A stretch of 64,000 nt of DNA from Botryllus schlosseri (taxonomy: Eukaryota): positions 6,758,001 to 6,822,000 of the forward strand of contig CM119378.1 in assembly GCA_051294905.1 (NCBI GenBank), read 5' to 3'. The notes beneath the pieces were generated by a model. The model ran no database searches and had not been told where the DNA came from. It saw only the letters and a list, made by a program, of their open reading frames with translations. Numbering within the stretch: the first letter of the stretch is position 1; every line of letters begins with the position of its first letter. Below, in pieces: positions 11,601-22,300 of the stretch. The translations under genes and the position numbers were made by a program.

Positions 11601-14113
11601 CTTACCATACGTCCTCTTTTAAGAGGATTTGTCCTCTTTTTTGACTTTTTTGAAAGTGTCCTCGGAGGACGCCCTTTTGTCCTCTTTTTTGAGATTTTGT
11701 CCTCTTTTTTGAAAATTTAGGTCAGATTTCGAGGAAATCGCTAGTGATATGCCGTAAATTAGCACAGAAGTGAATCTCCGGCGGGTATTTCGGAGGGAAA
11801 AGTGGTGATTTAAGCCCTGAGCGAAAAGAAGACCTTTTTTTTTAGTCATCCACCTGGCAATGTAGAGAGACAAACGTTATTTTGAGCTCTGAGCGGAAGT
11901 GATGACACGAAGTGGGAAAAATTTACCGGTTTTTGAGAATTCTTCTCCAGTTTTGCATGTCTGAAATTTTTGAAAAAGTGTCCTCTTTTTACATTTCCGA
12001 AATATGGTAAGACTAGTTATTGTATCACCATCCGTTGTCCATAATCGATGCTCGATTTTTACCAGTACCAGATTCCGCAGTTTTGAGTTGAAAGTAACAG
12101 CTATCAATTCGCATGCAGCACAGTTACTCTGAAGGCATGACATGTCGTATGCAATGCCTAATATTCCTCGTAAGTCTAAACAACTGAGCTTTAAAACTCA
12201 CGTTTGCAACACAACCAGCAGACACATTTTGTAGAATGCCAGATACAGTGCATTTTAAGGCCTGCCAGACGCCTAATATTAGCAATCTGGTACAACTTCT
12301 AAATTTCAAGTTGATAGTCGAATGGTTATGTTATGCTGAAGGGCTGTCCTCGTTGTTCATCACGCCGGCACCACACTTTTTGATTTGGGATCGCCGTTTG
12401 CCATGCTATCTGTATTTTTAAGCATATTCTCAATCAAAATGATGAAGTGCAATTTTTATGAAGTCTTCAACTTATTAATTCATTCTCCCAACTCTTTCAT
12501 CAGTCATGGCGTGGACGGCATGTGTCCGTTACACCTTCGGACATTAAGGTATGCATTCGGGACAGTGCAGCCGCATGATTTTCGTAGGAGAAAATATTTG
12601 TGCTGCTTTTTAGTTAGAATGGAACATGGATTGTTTATTTTATTTTTGTTTCAGTTAGCGGTGTCGCTTTTCGCTCATGCATGATGGATTGGAAGGGGTA
12701 TAGTTCATTCCAATTGCAGTGTTTGTCAAGGTTCATTTAACTGTGTGCTGGTATGCTGGTGGTATTTATGCAATGGGCTTATGTTTTCCTACTATCAGTT
12801 CATTAAGACACATCACAGGCCAATCCACAAATTCCTGTGGGAATGTGTGGTTGTAAGTCAACTGTAGCTCTCACAAAGGCACTAACTGTGACAGCTGTGG
12901 CTCTCACAATGGACATCGAGCGTCGATATTGTTCTCAAATAAGGGTCAACAGCGGATCTTTTTAATAGCCCTTGCTCACTAACGATTTTACTGTTACAGT
13001 CTCGCTCTCGGGTGTCTCAGTTTGATGGAAGGTCAGCTATTAGTTCCGATGACTATTTTGGAAACGATGACAGTAAAAGGTATGTATTAATATAGGTGTC
13101 AAAAGGTGGTCATAAGTGTGTCTTTTTGTTGAAATTTACATCACAAACACCACAAGATTGTGGTATAACGAAGAGATTGAAGGGAGTGGGCTTTTAGTCG
13201 GCAGCAAAGTACTTATGTATTTTTTGGGTATTCGAGAAGGATTCTAGACTGCTGTACGTTTGTTGCTTACACTGGAACAGTTTATTAGACACATCTTAAC
13301 TTTCACACTTTGGATTTTGAGAAATAGAATTTTTATTGTAACAAGTTTTCATCACTATAGCTAAGTTCACCGCCACGCGATATAGCTATAAACTGAATAT
13401 ATTTTCAAATGTTTGGCCGTTCAAACCGAGTCACTTTCGACTCGATAACATCCTGCAATGAATAGTGACGCGACTGATTTATTGAATAATTTACCATTCA
13501 GTGGTACACTCAATGTACTCAAGCAGGTTGTCCCCATATCTTGTTTCCGGCAATACATTCTCATCAATGTCACATCCAACTCGACATAGAGATTCGATGC
13601 TATTTAGTGATACTTGTCCCTCGGTATTTTCCAATTTATAACAAGCTTCTGCAAAGTTCTGATGTTTCTGACCACATCTCAGCCGTGTCACATTGTTTCA
13701 CAGTTCATCATGGCACAAATATGGCCGGAAAAAAATGAAAATGTCATGTGTAAAATTGACGTGAGCTACTTTGATTCCACAGACGAGTTTTCTTCAGAGA
13801 ATATATTAGCAGAACCGGTGACAGTGCCTGAAACTTAACTTATTTCAACCTTTGTAATCAGTCAGCCCTTTACATGCCCTCAATTTTCAAGGACTGGAGC
13901 ATCATCACCAATGTCACCCGGGTCGCTGCTGAACATGGCGAACACGGACATGACCCAGTTGAAAGAAGGAGTCAGGAGCATGGCCGGAAGATTGTCTAAC
14001 TTAGCCAATGACATGTATAACTCCATCCCTGTGAGTTGAGCTGCAACTATCATCCGTGCGTTTATGACAAAGCGTCATTTTTTTTGCAGTCTCGAGGATA
14101 CGACAAGTACTGA
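2656..14113 (+). CDS. ARFGAP2/3: ADP-ribosylation factor GTPase-activating protein 2/3 (Glo3-type ArfGAP), 15 coding exons, ~649 aa
   Basis: Hand-spliced exons, all with GT-AG and compatible phases: 2656-2721, 2786-2904, 3830-4034, 5468-5681, 6951-7385, 8547-8679, 9161-9308, 10376-10477, 10622-10668, 10830-10893, 10951-11079, 12504-12548, 13000-13079, 13892-14030, 14090-14113 (1950 nt). ArfGAP zinc finger CFDC-x16-CIDC and catalytic Arg ([19 protein letters not shown]...[13 protein letters not shown]). Glo3-family motifs [30 protein letters not shown] and a C-terminal amphipathic [24 protein letters not shown]. Exons 10951-11079 and 12504-12548 rest on splice signals and phase only. Confidence 0.93.
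3132..3642 (+). mobile_element. hAT(Charlie)-like MITE, CAGGGG...CCCTG ends
   Basis: Left end CAGGGGCGGGAAACTTCTCCAGTCGACGGGCC; right end ...TATGTTACCGGTCCCTG. The first ~110 nt match an inverted partial copy at ~1405-1516. The flanking 8-mers do not match, so no TSD is confirmed. Confidence 0.55.
4228..4397. repeat. Inverted pair of hammerhead-bearing repeats (both cores degenerate or truncated)
   Basis: A 36-nt inverted repeat (4232-4267 vs 4328-4363). The minus copy reads CCC-CTGATGAG-TGTCAAC-CGAAT and is truncated there. The plus copy reads CCC-CTGACGAG-TATCAGC-CAAAA-ATAT-TC-GAG (G12>A). Confidence 0.8.
4443..4582. repeat. Hairpin of the arm sequence of the same hammerhead-associated family
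   Basis: TATCAACAATCGTATCACATAAATATGACGTAACCAGCAC (4445-4484) is inverted against GTGCTGGCGACGTCATATTTTGTGATATGATTGTTGATATA (4503-4543). It continues into the family arm and is truncated at GCTGACGAG. Confidence 0.75.
5185..5350 (+). repeat. Short tandem array (~45-nt units with TCTAATCTAATTTG core) of a dispersed AT-rich family
   Basis: Four TCTAATCTAATTTG(G/A)AAAA-like units. Related sequence occurs at ~24395-24520 (inverted), ~28785-28850, ~29010-29080, ~49010-49335 and ~53235-53310. Confidence 0.6.
6583..6681. repeat. Second inverted pair of degenerate hammerhead-bearing repeats
   Basis: The minus strand reads ACGAG-TCTGT-CGAAA-TTAT-TC-GGGTTTATTTCAAT (5' truncated). The plus strand reads CCC-TAACGAG-TGCCCGC-CAAAA-CCAT-TT-GGGTTTATTTCAATATGAATAT. 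The tail matches the 4371-4397 and 23675-23700 copies. Confidence 0.65.
7535..8062. mobile_element. Kolobok/T2-like MITE with ~190-bp terminal inverted repeats
   Basis: Flanked by TTAA (7531-7534 and 8063-8066) and begins TTAA|AGG. Arms 7535-7730 and 7881-8062 are near-perfect reverse complements. No ORF. Confidence 0.8.
8172..8470 (+). mobile_element. tRNA-derived SINE (Meta-like core, tail type A)
   Basis: A-box-like GATAGCGTAATG and B-box GGTTCGATCCC. Core CCGGGTCAGATCAAAGAC...CCTGCTTGGTGCTCA. The 3' ~170 nt is shared with 28248-28505 and ends in an A-rich tail. Confidence 0.8.
11597..12015 (+). mobile_element. hAT MITE, TAGGCTTACCATA TIR family (copy 1)
   Basis: TIRs TAGGCTTACCATA / TATGGTAAGACTA, with GTTATTG duplicated on both flanks. 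Highly similar to the reverse complement of 52152-52579. Confidence 0.85.
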
Positions 14114-14883
14114 TCTTCGCGACAACTTTACGTGCAATTGCTTGCTAGTCGAAATGGAATGAATATTTAACGTTTGCACTAGATCATGTTCGCTAGGGCT
14201 GGCGGGTGCTTCCGACGCAAGATTTGCCAACTGCTCTTAATTATAACCTAGCCGTTGGTGTACTGTGCCTACTAGTATTCGTGCGGCCACCGTGTTTTGA
14301 TTAGGCAAATGTCAAAGGTTCTAGTTGCATGTACATATTGAAGCTTTGTGGGAATAATATTACAAATTTTACTGGGAATTGCAAGTAGCGGCGGAGGACC
14401 CTTGTATATCTTGAAAGCTTGTTAGCTAAGTGGAGTGTGACAGAGTGTACATTTCGAAATAAAAGAGTTTTAATGGAGAATGATTGACTCTGTTGTAGAA
14501 AAGCAGCAGTAAAAGTCACTGGGATGTTCTGCGCCGTCCGTGGGGCACGGATTTGATTCTGTTACGGTCGTATATTCAGTTCATCTGCAGTCGAAGACAA
14601 CCACTGCAAAAGAAATAAATCAGTTTTATATTCACAGTGATGAGCTTCGATCAACTCTGACTGGCCAGAAGGAAACAGGGATTGCACCATGTAGAGAAAG
14701 TTTGGTTGATGCTACTCAAAAGTAGAATTTCCTGGAGGAGTGGAGATCGTTGCGCATGTGTACAGTTGTACACTGTACAGTAGAGACAAGTCATTTGGGG
14801 TACTGAACGATAAACAATAAAATAACGTCATTGAAACAGCTTTTCGACCAACTCTTTATCAGTAGCAAACGAATAGGGTAGAT

Positions 14884-15133
14884 CAGTGGTTCCCAACGTG
14901 GGCGATATCGCCCCCCAGGGGGCGGTCTAGGGGGCGATGACGCGTCAAATCAGCTGACCTTTTTTTTTCAACCCACGGAAATTTAGTTACGAAAGTGTCA
15001 AATTAGGCTTCGAGCCGAAAAGTTGACCTTTTTTTAGTCAACCCGCCGGTGATTATAGTTTGTATACCCAATTTTCGGTACACAAAATTTGGGGGGGGGG
15101 GGCGATGATTGGTGTTGAGCTTGGGAACCTCTG
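14884..15133 (+). mobile_element. hAT(Charlie)-like MITE, CAGTGGTTCCCAAC family (copy 1)
   Basis: TIRs CAGTGGTTCCCAA / TTGGGAACCTCTG and a perfect 8-bp TSD GGGTAGAT (14876-14883, 15134-15141). Homologous to 39917-40271. Confidence 0.9.
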
Positions 15134-15336
15134 GGGTAGATCAAATTCGAACTGTGGAACAATTTTGCCTGGATGATGTAATAATAACAAGACAGCTAAG
15201 ATACGATAGTAAGAACATAAATAACCGGAAACAACATAATGAAATATTCCAAGAGTGTAGAGGCGTTCCTTCTTTTATTATTACACCATACAGACAAAAT
15301 TATTTCGAATTTGATTCACTCTATTACTGACGTTCA

Positions 15337-15376
15337 CAACTGATGAGAGTCAGTCGAAAAGCCTTTAGCAAATAAA
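15337..15376 (+). ncRNA. Degenerate minimal hammerhead ribozyme motif
   Basis: CAA-CTGATGAG-AGTCAGT-CGAAA-AGCC-TT-TAG followed by AATAAA (15371-15376). It has an upstream CTGACG as in the family, but stems I and III are mismatched. Confidence 0.5.
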
Positions 15377-16321
15377 TTAACAGTATGAAGTTATTGTTAT
15401 TACACAGTACACACTATGCTTATTTTCTGGGAGAATGTTTATAGCAATCACGCACGTTATTGCATCAAATTCAAATGAGAGGCCGATACTGAAGAGAAAA
15501 TGAGACAGAAAGCCTTTGCCTACTTTTTGGAAACAACTATAGACTCTAGGCACCACCCCGAACATTATTTGGAATTGTTCGAAAATGATCAAACTCTTAC
15601 TTCGTTTTGTTCTTTTCTTGTACATTATCCTACAACCGCATTCGCGGCACCTGATCGGATCTCTGGAACGGATTTCATTCTCCTGATGACATTCTAAGGG
15701 TGAGAAGTCCAGTTAATCCACGAGACGTATATAGACACGAAATCTTAATACGAATACATTACCTCCACATATGTATATCATTGCTTTCGGTTGAAGACTA
15801 GCAGGGTCGCCATGAGCAGGAGTGCGACCAGGTGTCCTACCAGGAGTAGGCGCGATAGAGCTTGAGGGAGTATCCATACCCAATTACACCTCTTCGATAT
15901 TAAAAGCACTGGCCCCAAATACTATACGATGCCGACTGAATAATCACACGCCAGCTGAAGTCAGCATTGCATTGTGACTAATGCACATATCGCAGCAACT
16001 ATCCAATGTATCATCAGCGTCTCGATATCAGCTCAGTGACCTACCAACCATACCTGCCACAAAAGAATAGAATAAACGAACCCTGAGAGTAAAATAGTAT
16101 TTTTGTCCACATTTTTTGGGCTGAGAAGAATTTACCTTGCAAAGTTGCAAAATGTTATCGCAGTCGATCGATGCCACGCATGACGTAACATGAGAGGGGC
16201 AACGCTTGTAAATAAATACAGCATCAGTTCGGGAACCAGGCCGTTAGTGTACTTCGCCGGGAAATTTAGTGTCCAGATTGTCTGGGATATTGTCGCCTGC
16301 CAACTCCTTCACTCGATCGCG

Positions 16322-19300
16322 ATGTCGTCCAAAACGAAGAGGATACAGAATTACTTGAGGGAGAATAAAATAAGGGAACTCTTCGAGGTATATGAGTGTT
16401 ACTGCATCGGTGCATCCCAGCATGATACCTTTCGTTTTTTTAGTTTTGAACTTGAACTTCAATGTATATTCTTTATAAATGTGTCAATCAGCATCTCTTT
16501 GCCTAGTTTGTGTTCCTGTAGCCAGTGCAATTGTTTTATCTCGTCTATTCAGGTTACCTACTGTGATCCCACTTAGTTTTTCATCTGTTTCTGATACATT
16601 CCGAATATGTTATATTTTTGCTTGCAAATGTGTTATATTATGTGATAAGTTTCATATTACAACCATCCTTTCAGGCTGTAGCTGACTTGATGATCTTACG
16701 ATCCCTTCGCTACAGCCTGGTTCTGAATTATATATACTTTGCTTTGTATTTATCTATCTGTGTATTATCAATGTTCATGGACCGAATAAATTCTCTCTCT
16801 CTGTATATTGTCGTGTTTATTGTATAAGCAGTTGTGAACGTTCAAACGTTCCTTTATTTTCACAGTGTAATCCGTCATCCTGTTATTTTATTTGAAAACG
16901 ATATTATTGAATGAGAGGATGTTTTGAATATTTTGCCCGTCAATGTAGTTTAGCACTTATCCATTTGTGTTGTATTTTACAGGAGATGATGCACAAGCTC
17001 GTCCTTGATCTGCCCGCAAGTCCATATTATTATTTGGCAAACTTTTTAGGAGAAAAAGAGAAGAAAGTCAAACAAGTAATGAACAGCATTTCTTTGCTAT
17101 GTACCTTATGGTAGCTTATGAATTCAATGAAGGACTTTTGTGACATTTTACTAAACTTGACTAACTCAAATTCAATCAAAGCTCTATAAACCTATCTTTA
17201 TTATATAATAGATCGTGAGAGGCGAATCACTGACAGCTAAAGAAAAACAGCCTGAAATTTCAGAGAATGCTAAATTATGGGCAACGGGTAAGAGCACTTT
17301 CATTGTCACTAATATGCGATTAGTACTACATTTTATCGAGATCAAAATAAAATTCATGTAGCGTAGTTGTATGACACATGGATTTCATCAATAATTATTA
17401 TTCTCAAAGTGAATTCGGATGCAGAATGTTCGAGTATTCAGCTAAGCAACCACTTTTTCACCGACAATGAACATATTGCATACAGCGTAATTTAGAAATG
17501 GACATTAAATATATAATATTATAAATGATTCCATCACATCGCGAAGGAAATCGGGTTCATGTACAGCCTGATTGGAATCGCTGGCCTTTTTGCCTGATAT
17601 ATCAGGTGGGCAGCGATGATTTTCCAAGTTAAAGTAATGTAATAAAAAATAATTAAAAAATAAAATATAGTGTGAGCACAAGACAGCGATTCCATACACG
17701 ATGTACAGTACTTGAGTTGAGAGTTTGGTGGAATTGTGAATAAATCTGATATTTATGGTTGAAAACCCAGTTGGTAGGCCTACAGTAGGATTGTTCAAAA
17801 ATAATCTTTGCTCTGTATTCTGGGGATTCACTGATTAAATTTTCAGGTTACCCAAAAAGACGCTGCACACCAAATTTGACTCGATTCCAACTGGTAGCCT
17901 AGATGTGAACGTACATAAGTGTGAAACTTTTGAATGTAATGTAAAAAAAAATTTTTTTTTTCAAATTGTTCTGTCATCCCCCTTGAGATTCAGTTCAATT
18001 TATTGCTCACAATTTCATTATTTAAATATACCACAAGACTGCGATGCAATGAAAGATAGGAAGGTCTCGTAACAACTTGGAGTAGTCTTCAAAATCAGAC
18101 ACCCACCTGGCCTAGGCGATGTGAAAAAGGTGGCATTCACGCTGAAATTGTTTAGTTGTTTACAAAAACAATATAAAGCAAATTTGACACAATGCTGATC
18201 CGTAGAAACGAAGGTAATTTGACTTTTTCATTCATAATTCTGGCTATTCTTGCGAATCCAAAATTGTTAAGCAGTGTTCTTTTTAGATAACTTGACCATT
18301 TCATGGGGTTGACAGTAGTAAAATAAATTCAAAATTTTCAAACTCCTGTGCGTTCACATCGAGCCAAATTTGGTGTTCAGCTTCTTTTTTTTAGGTAACT
18401 TTAAAATTTAATCCTATACCTAACGATTTAATCGGTGAATCCCCAGAATTCGGAAAAAAGTTATTTTCGATCAACCATAGTAGCTCAGTTTGTAGTTGGT
18501 CAAGTTCGTTATATCTATGTGTTTATCGAATGTAATTTATGATAAAATCAATAGCTACTCGATGGGATTGAATATGTATTTTGCCAACATGCAGCTTCGT
18601 TCGATGTAATCCTGTATTTGCCTTGGATTCATTATGCATGCTTGAGTATTGCTTCTCAATACAGTCTGTTAATTGGTGTTATAAAAAGTCGCAATCAAAT
18701 TCTCTAGGGAATATTTCGTTCTCTCTTGAATCGCAAACTGCAATTATGTCGTGTTGCTTTCATAAATCAGAATTGTGCCCAATTCAACAGGCTGTCCTAT
18801 CGTTTGTTAACCTCGTGGTTCCAGATGACTGGATTTTTATTTTTAGGTCACTGCCCATCAATTTCTTTATTGACAACTTAAATTTTAACATGCGTACACA
18901 CTGGGCATGTTACTGTGTAGTCAAGATTGTTCATGAGAAGATGAGCGATAATTTTAACTCTACAGAGTCGAACACATTGCAAACCTTACCAATTGATGTT
19001 GAAAGTTTCTCGATTTTTGTCTCTACATCACTCATCAAAGTGTCACTATAGCATGAATGATGTGGATAGTTCCAATACTGTACCGAGCGAGATAGTGTAA
19101 TGGTTATGCGTCCGGCTTCTCGAGCGGTAGGTCGTGGGTTCGATCCCCGGCCGGGTCATACCAAAGACTCGAAAAATGGTATCCGCAGCTATCCTGCTAG
19201 GCGCTCAGCAATCACGGATAGCATGGAGGAGAAAAAAAAACGGGGGCGCAGACTAGATGACCTCATGGGGCCGTATCGCAACTCCGTCGCCAAAGCATCT

Positions 19301-22300
19301 CGATGGTGCAGGCGAGAAAGAATATCATCTCTCTCTCTCTCTCTCTCTCTTTTATGCGACAAAAAAGAATGAAATGCCAGTTCTACGTGACATTAAAATT
19401 TATTTGGGAACATTTTTGATCATACCTACATTGTTACACTTTGTGAATATATATATTGGGTTGATTACTACTTCACAAACGTGTAATTTTCAATAATGTG
19501 CATACTGTAAACCGCGCTAACTTTGGACAATTTTTCATGTGGGTTAACTTTGGACTATGTATTTTTTTATGCGGTTACACTCTATTGTTTATGAAATCTC
19601 TTAAATGAGGCTTTTGGTAAGAGTTGACGAGAGCAACAGCTAAAAATGAAACAAAATAGTACACGTTTGGCCTATTGTATGATTTTTACGTAATCCCCCC
19701 AAAAAATGAAAGAATTGCACATCCAGCGGCAACCCCTTTCCATCAATAACCATCTGAATGTTTTACTGCTTAGTGTCCATAGTTACCCTTAAGTCCAAAG
19801 TTGCCCCGGTTTACAGTAGCTCTTTACTACACGTATCGCATGCTGCGAAGCAACCAATTAAGGTTTCCAGCATTCCACGGTCGAAGATAGTATCGAAGCT
19901 ATAATTCTCGTCGGTAAATCAACTTTTTTAGTGGCAAGAAACGTATAATTCCAGTACACGAAACGATCATCTCTCTACTACACTCGAATGATTAGAATTA
20001 ATACTCAATTCAGATTTGAGTTCTCATATCATTGTGCCCACTGCCCAGTGCCCACCCTACTAGTAACTACGCTACCCCCTTCTGCATATCACTACTGGAC
20101 CCTGTTGAAATCTCACAGTTTTTTACCGCATGTATCTTGCCACGGCGGTACCAATGTAATTTCTAGAACACTTCTAATATCTTTCTCTGTGACTTGCGCC
20201 AAATCCACCATACATTTTGCAGCACCATTACCCACGAAAGACAAGTCATCAGCACCGGATTCGACCTCGACACCGCCAGCCGACAGTAGGAAGTACAATA
20301 AACCGTGGCTTGCACACACTAAAAAATCACAGAATAAACAGAAGACAGGTGATTGAACCATTCTGTTTTAAAATATCGATATTTGATTTGTTTTTATACT
20401 CTTTCGATTTAGGCTCCAAGCTAAGCCAGTCGCTCGATGAAGTTAATATGAGAAAAGTAATCAAAGACGATGTCATCGACGGAAGTGAAGGGGTTCGTTT
20501 GTGTGTTTTGATGATTTATTTTCCTTTTGTTGAAAGGTTTTTTGTGTTATAGGTGGATTTAGGTTTAGTATATTCCACTCCGAAAAGATTTGGTGAAGTG
20601 GAAGTGAAAAATCGTACTCCCGAAGAGGAATTGGCATCCGAGCTACCAGTGGCAGGTAAAAATCTTGAAGTATTCTCACCAATTCATTCACTGTTAAAAC
20701 GTTTGTCTGATTTGCCAACTAAAATTTCCTATCCAATGATTTTGACCAATTCTACAGACAAATTATAGTCCGAGAGTGAATATAAGGCTTATGCTTCCAT
20801 AATACCGTTCGGCACCGGTGTAGTGTTCTGAAGATGGTTGAAATCCGTCTAGTTTGGCATATATACCTTGCAGTCGCCGAGCAGCCTTCAGAAAGCGACG
20901 GCATATCACACGAACGGAAAGGTCTTTCGGAAAAGGAAGCAAAACGTCGACGCGCGGAAGAACTGAGGTGAAACTGGCTCCGTTGAATATTTTGTAAAAT
21001 GTTTTTATGTGAATTCGAGGATAGAACGGTCGATTTAAAAATAAAATAACATAACTGAAGTCTTCCTTAGTTGTCGCAAAGATTTTAGTATCCATAGAAT
21101 TGAGCAATTCTGCATTCGACTTGGACAGGCATAATATAGGTCAAGGCAAATTGTTTATGTAACAGTTATGTAATTGAAAAGTTCACTCGTATTGATATGA
21201 ACCCAAATATTTTCGGCTGACACTCGTCACGGGTTAATCGTGAGCAAATGGTAGGGAATTCGGAAGAACATTGTACATCAACAATCGTATCACCAATATG
21301 TGTGTGATAGTGTTACATGTTACAAATATGATGGCAGATTGCCCTGTTCCCTGACCGATACTACTACTACTGCATGTCATCAACATAGAGGTATTATTTT
21401 CATGAAGTAAATGCTGAAATTGACATGATTGCTATTAATTTTTAAGTTTATTATCCTGATTCCTGAGTATAATTTTTTCTTTGCGCAAAATTCTGTGAAA
21501 AATGTCTGTCTACAATACAATATTCTGGTTCCATACAATGCAACTCGCCTTTAGACGAATGGTAGAAGAAAAGGAGAAAAGTACAGCAGTGCCTCGATCA
21601 ATGTCGCCGATTACAATCGATGACCAGGAGGATGAAGCTCTCGAGCTTCTGGAGGACCCACAGGATCTGATGGACGAAGGGGTCAAAGTGGGTTGCATCT
21701 TATCAAAACTTAACTTACTGTTGATCACATACGATTTGAAGGTGTATGCATCTGAACACTGTGTGTATTAGGGTTGTCCATAATTTGAAAAATCTTACAA
21801 ATCCTCGGTTGTAATGTCTTATTCGATAGATTATTGATAAAAAACGACACTGAGCCTGAAAGAAGCTCACAGAAAGGCCGTTAAGATTTCGTGCAAAGCG
21901 TTTGAAAGTAGCTGCCGAAGAATGGGCGTGCCACCGACCATAGAACGGCGAGAAGACTAGTAATCAAGAAACCACGGCTCTTGATTGGATAATCGGCTAT
22001 GCTTCAATGACCACGTCAGCGGCAGCTTGCTGATTAGGTGAACAAGGAGTCTGCTATTGGCGGCGATTCTGAAAGCGCATTGTGAGTAGGTTGACAGATA
22101 ATGATTAAGGATTGATTCAAGGTATCTTGAGGTACGAAATACATGATGTACAAACAACAGCTGCTTCACAAAAACGTCTAACCACGTCAGCAGCAGCTTG
22201 CTGATTAGGTGAACAAGGAGTCTGCTACTGGCGGCGATTCCGAAAGCGCATTGTGAGTAGGTTGACAGATAATGATTAAGGATTGATTCAAGGTATCTTG

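Noticed and set aside
13491-13738. Possible nested gene or alternative exon in ArfGAP intron 13 (66-aa minus ORF ending at a GT)
   Set aside because: No recognisable homology, no clear acceptor and no partner exons were found.
19082-19155. Bona fide tRNA gene
   Set aside because: A and B boxes are present, but there is no complete cloverleaf or acceptor stem. It continues into a repeated SINE core, and the same holds for 8172 and 28248.
20828-20853. CTGAAGA-TGGTT-GAAA-TCCG-TC as another hammerhead
   Set aside because: There is no G-C closing pair for stem II, no stem I pairing and no family arm, so it is likely chance.
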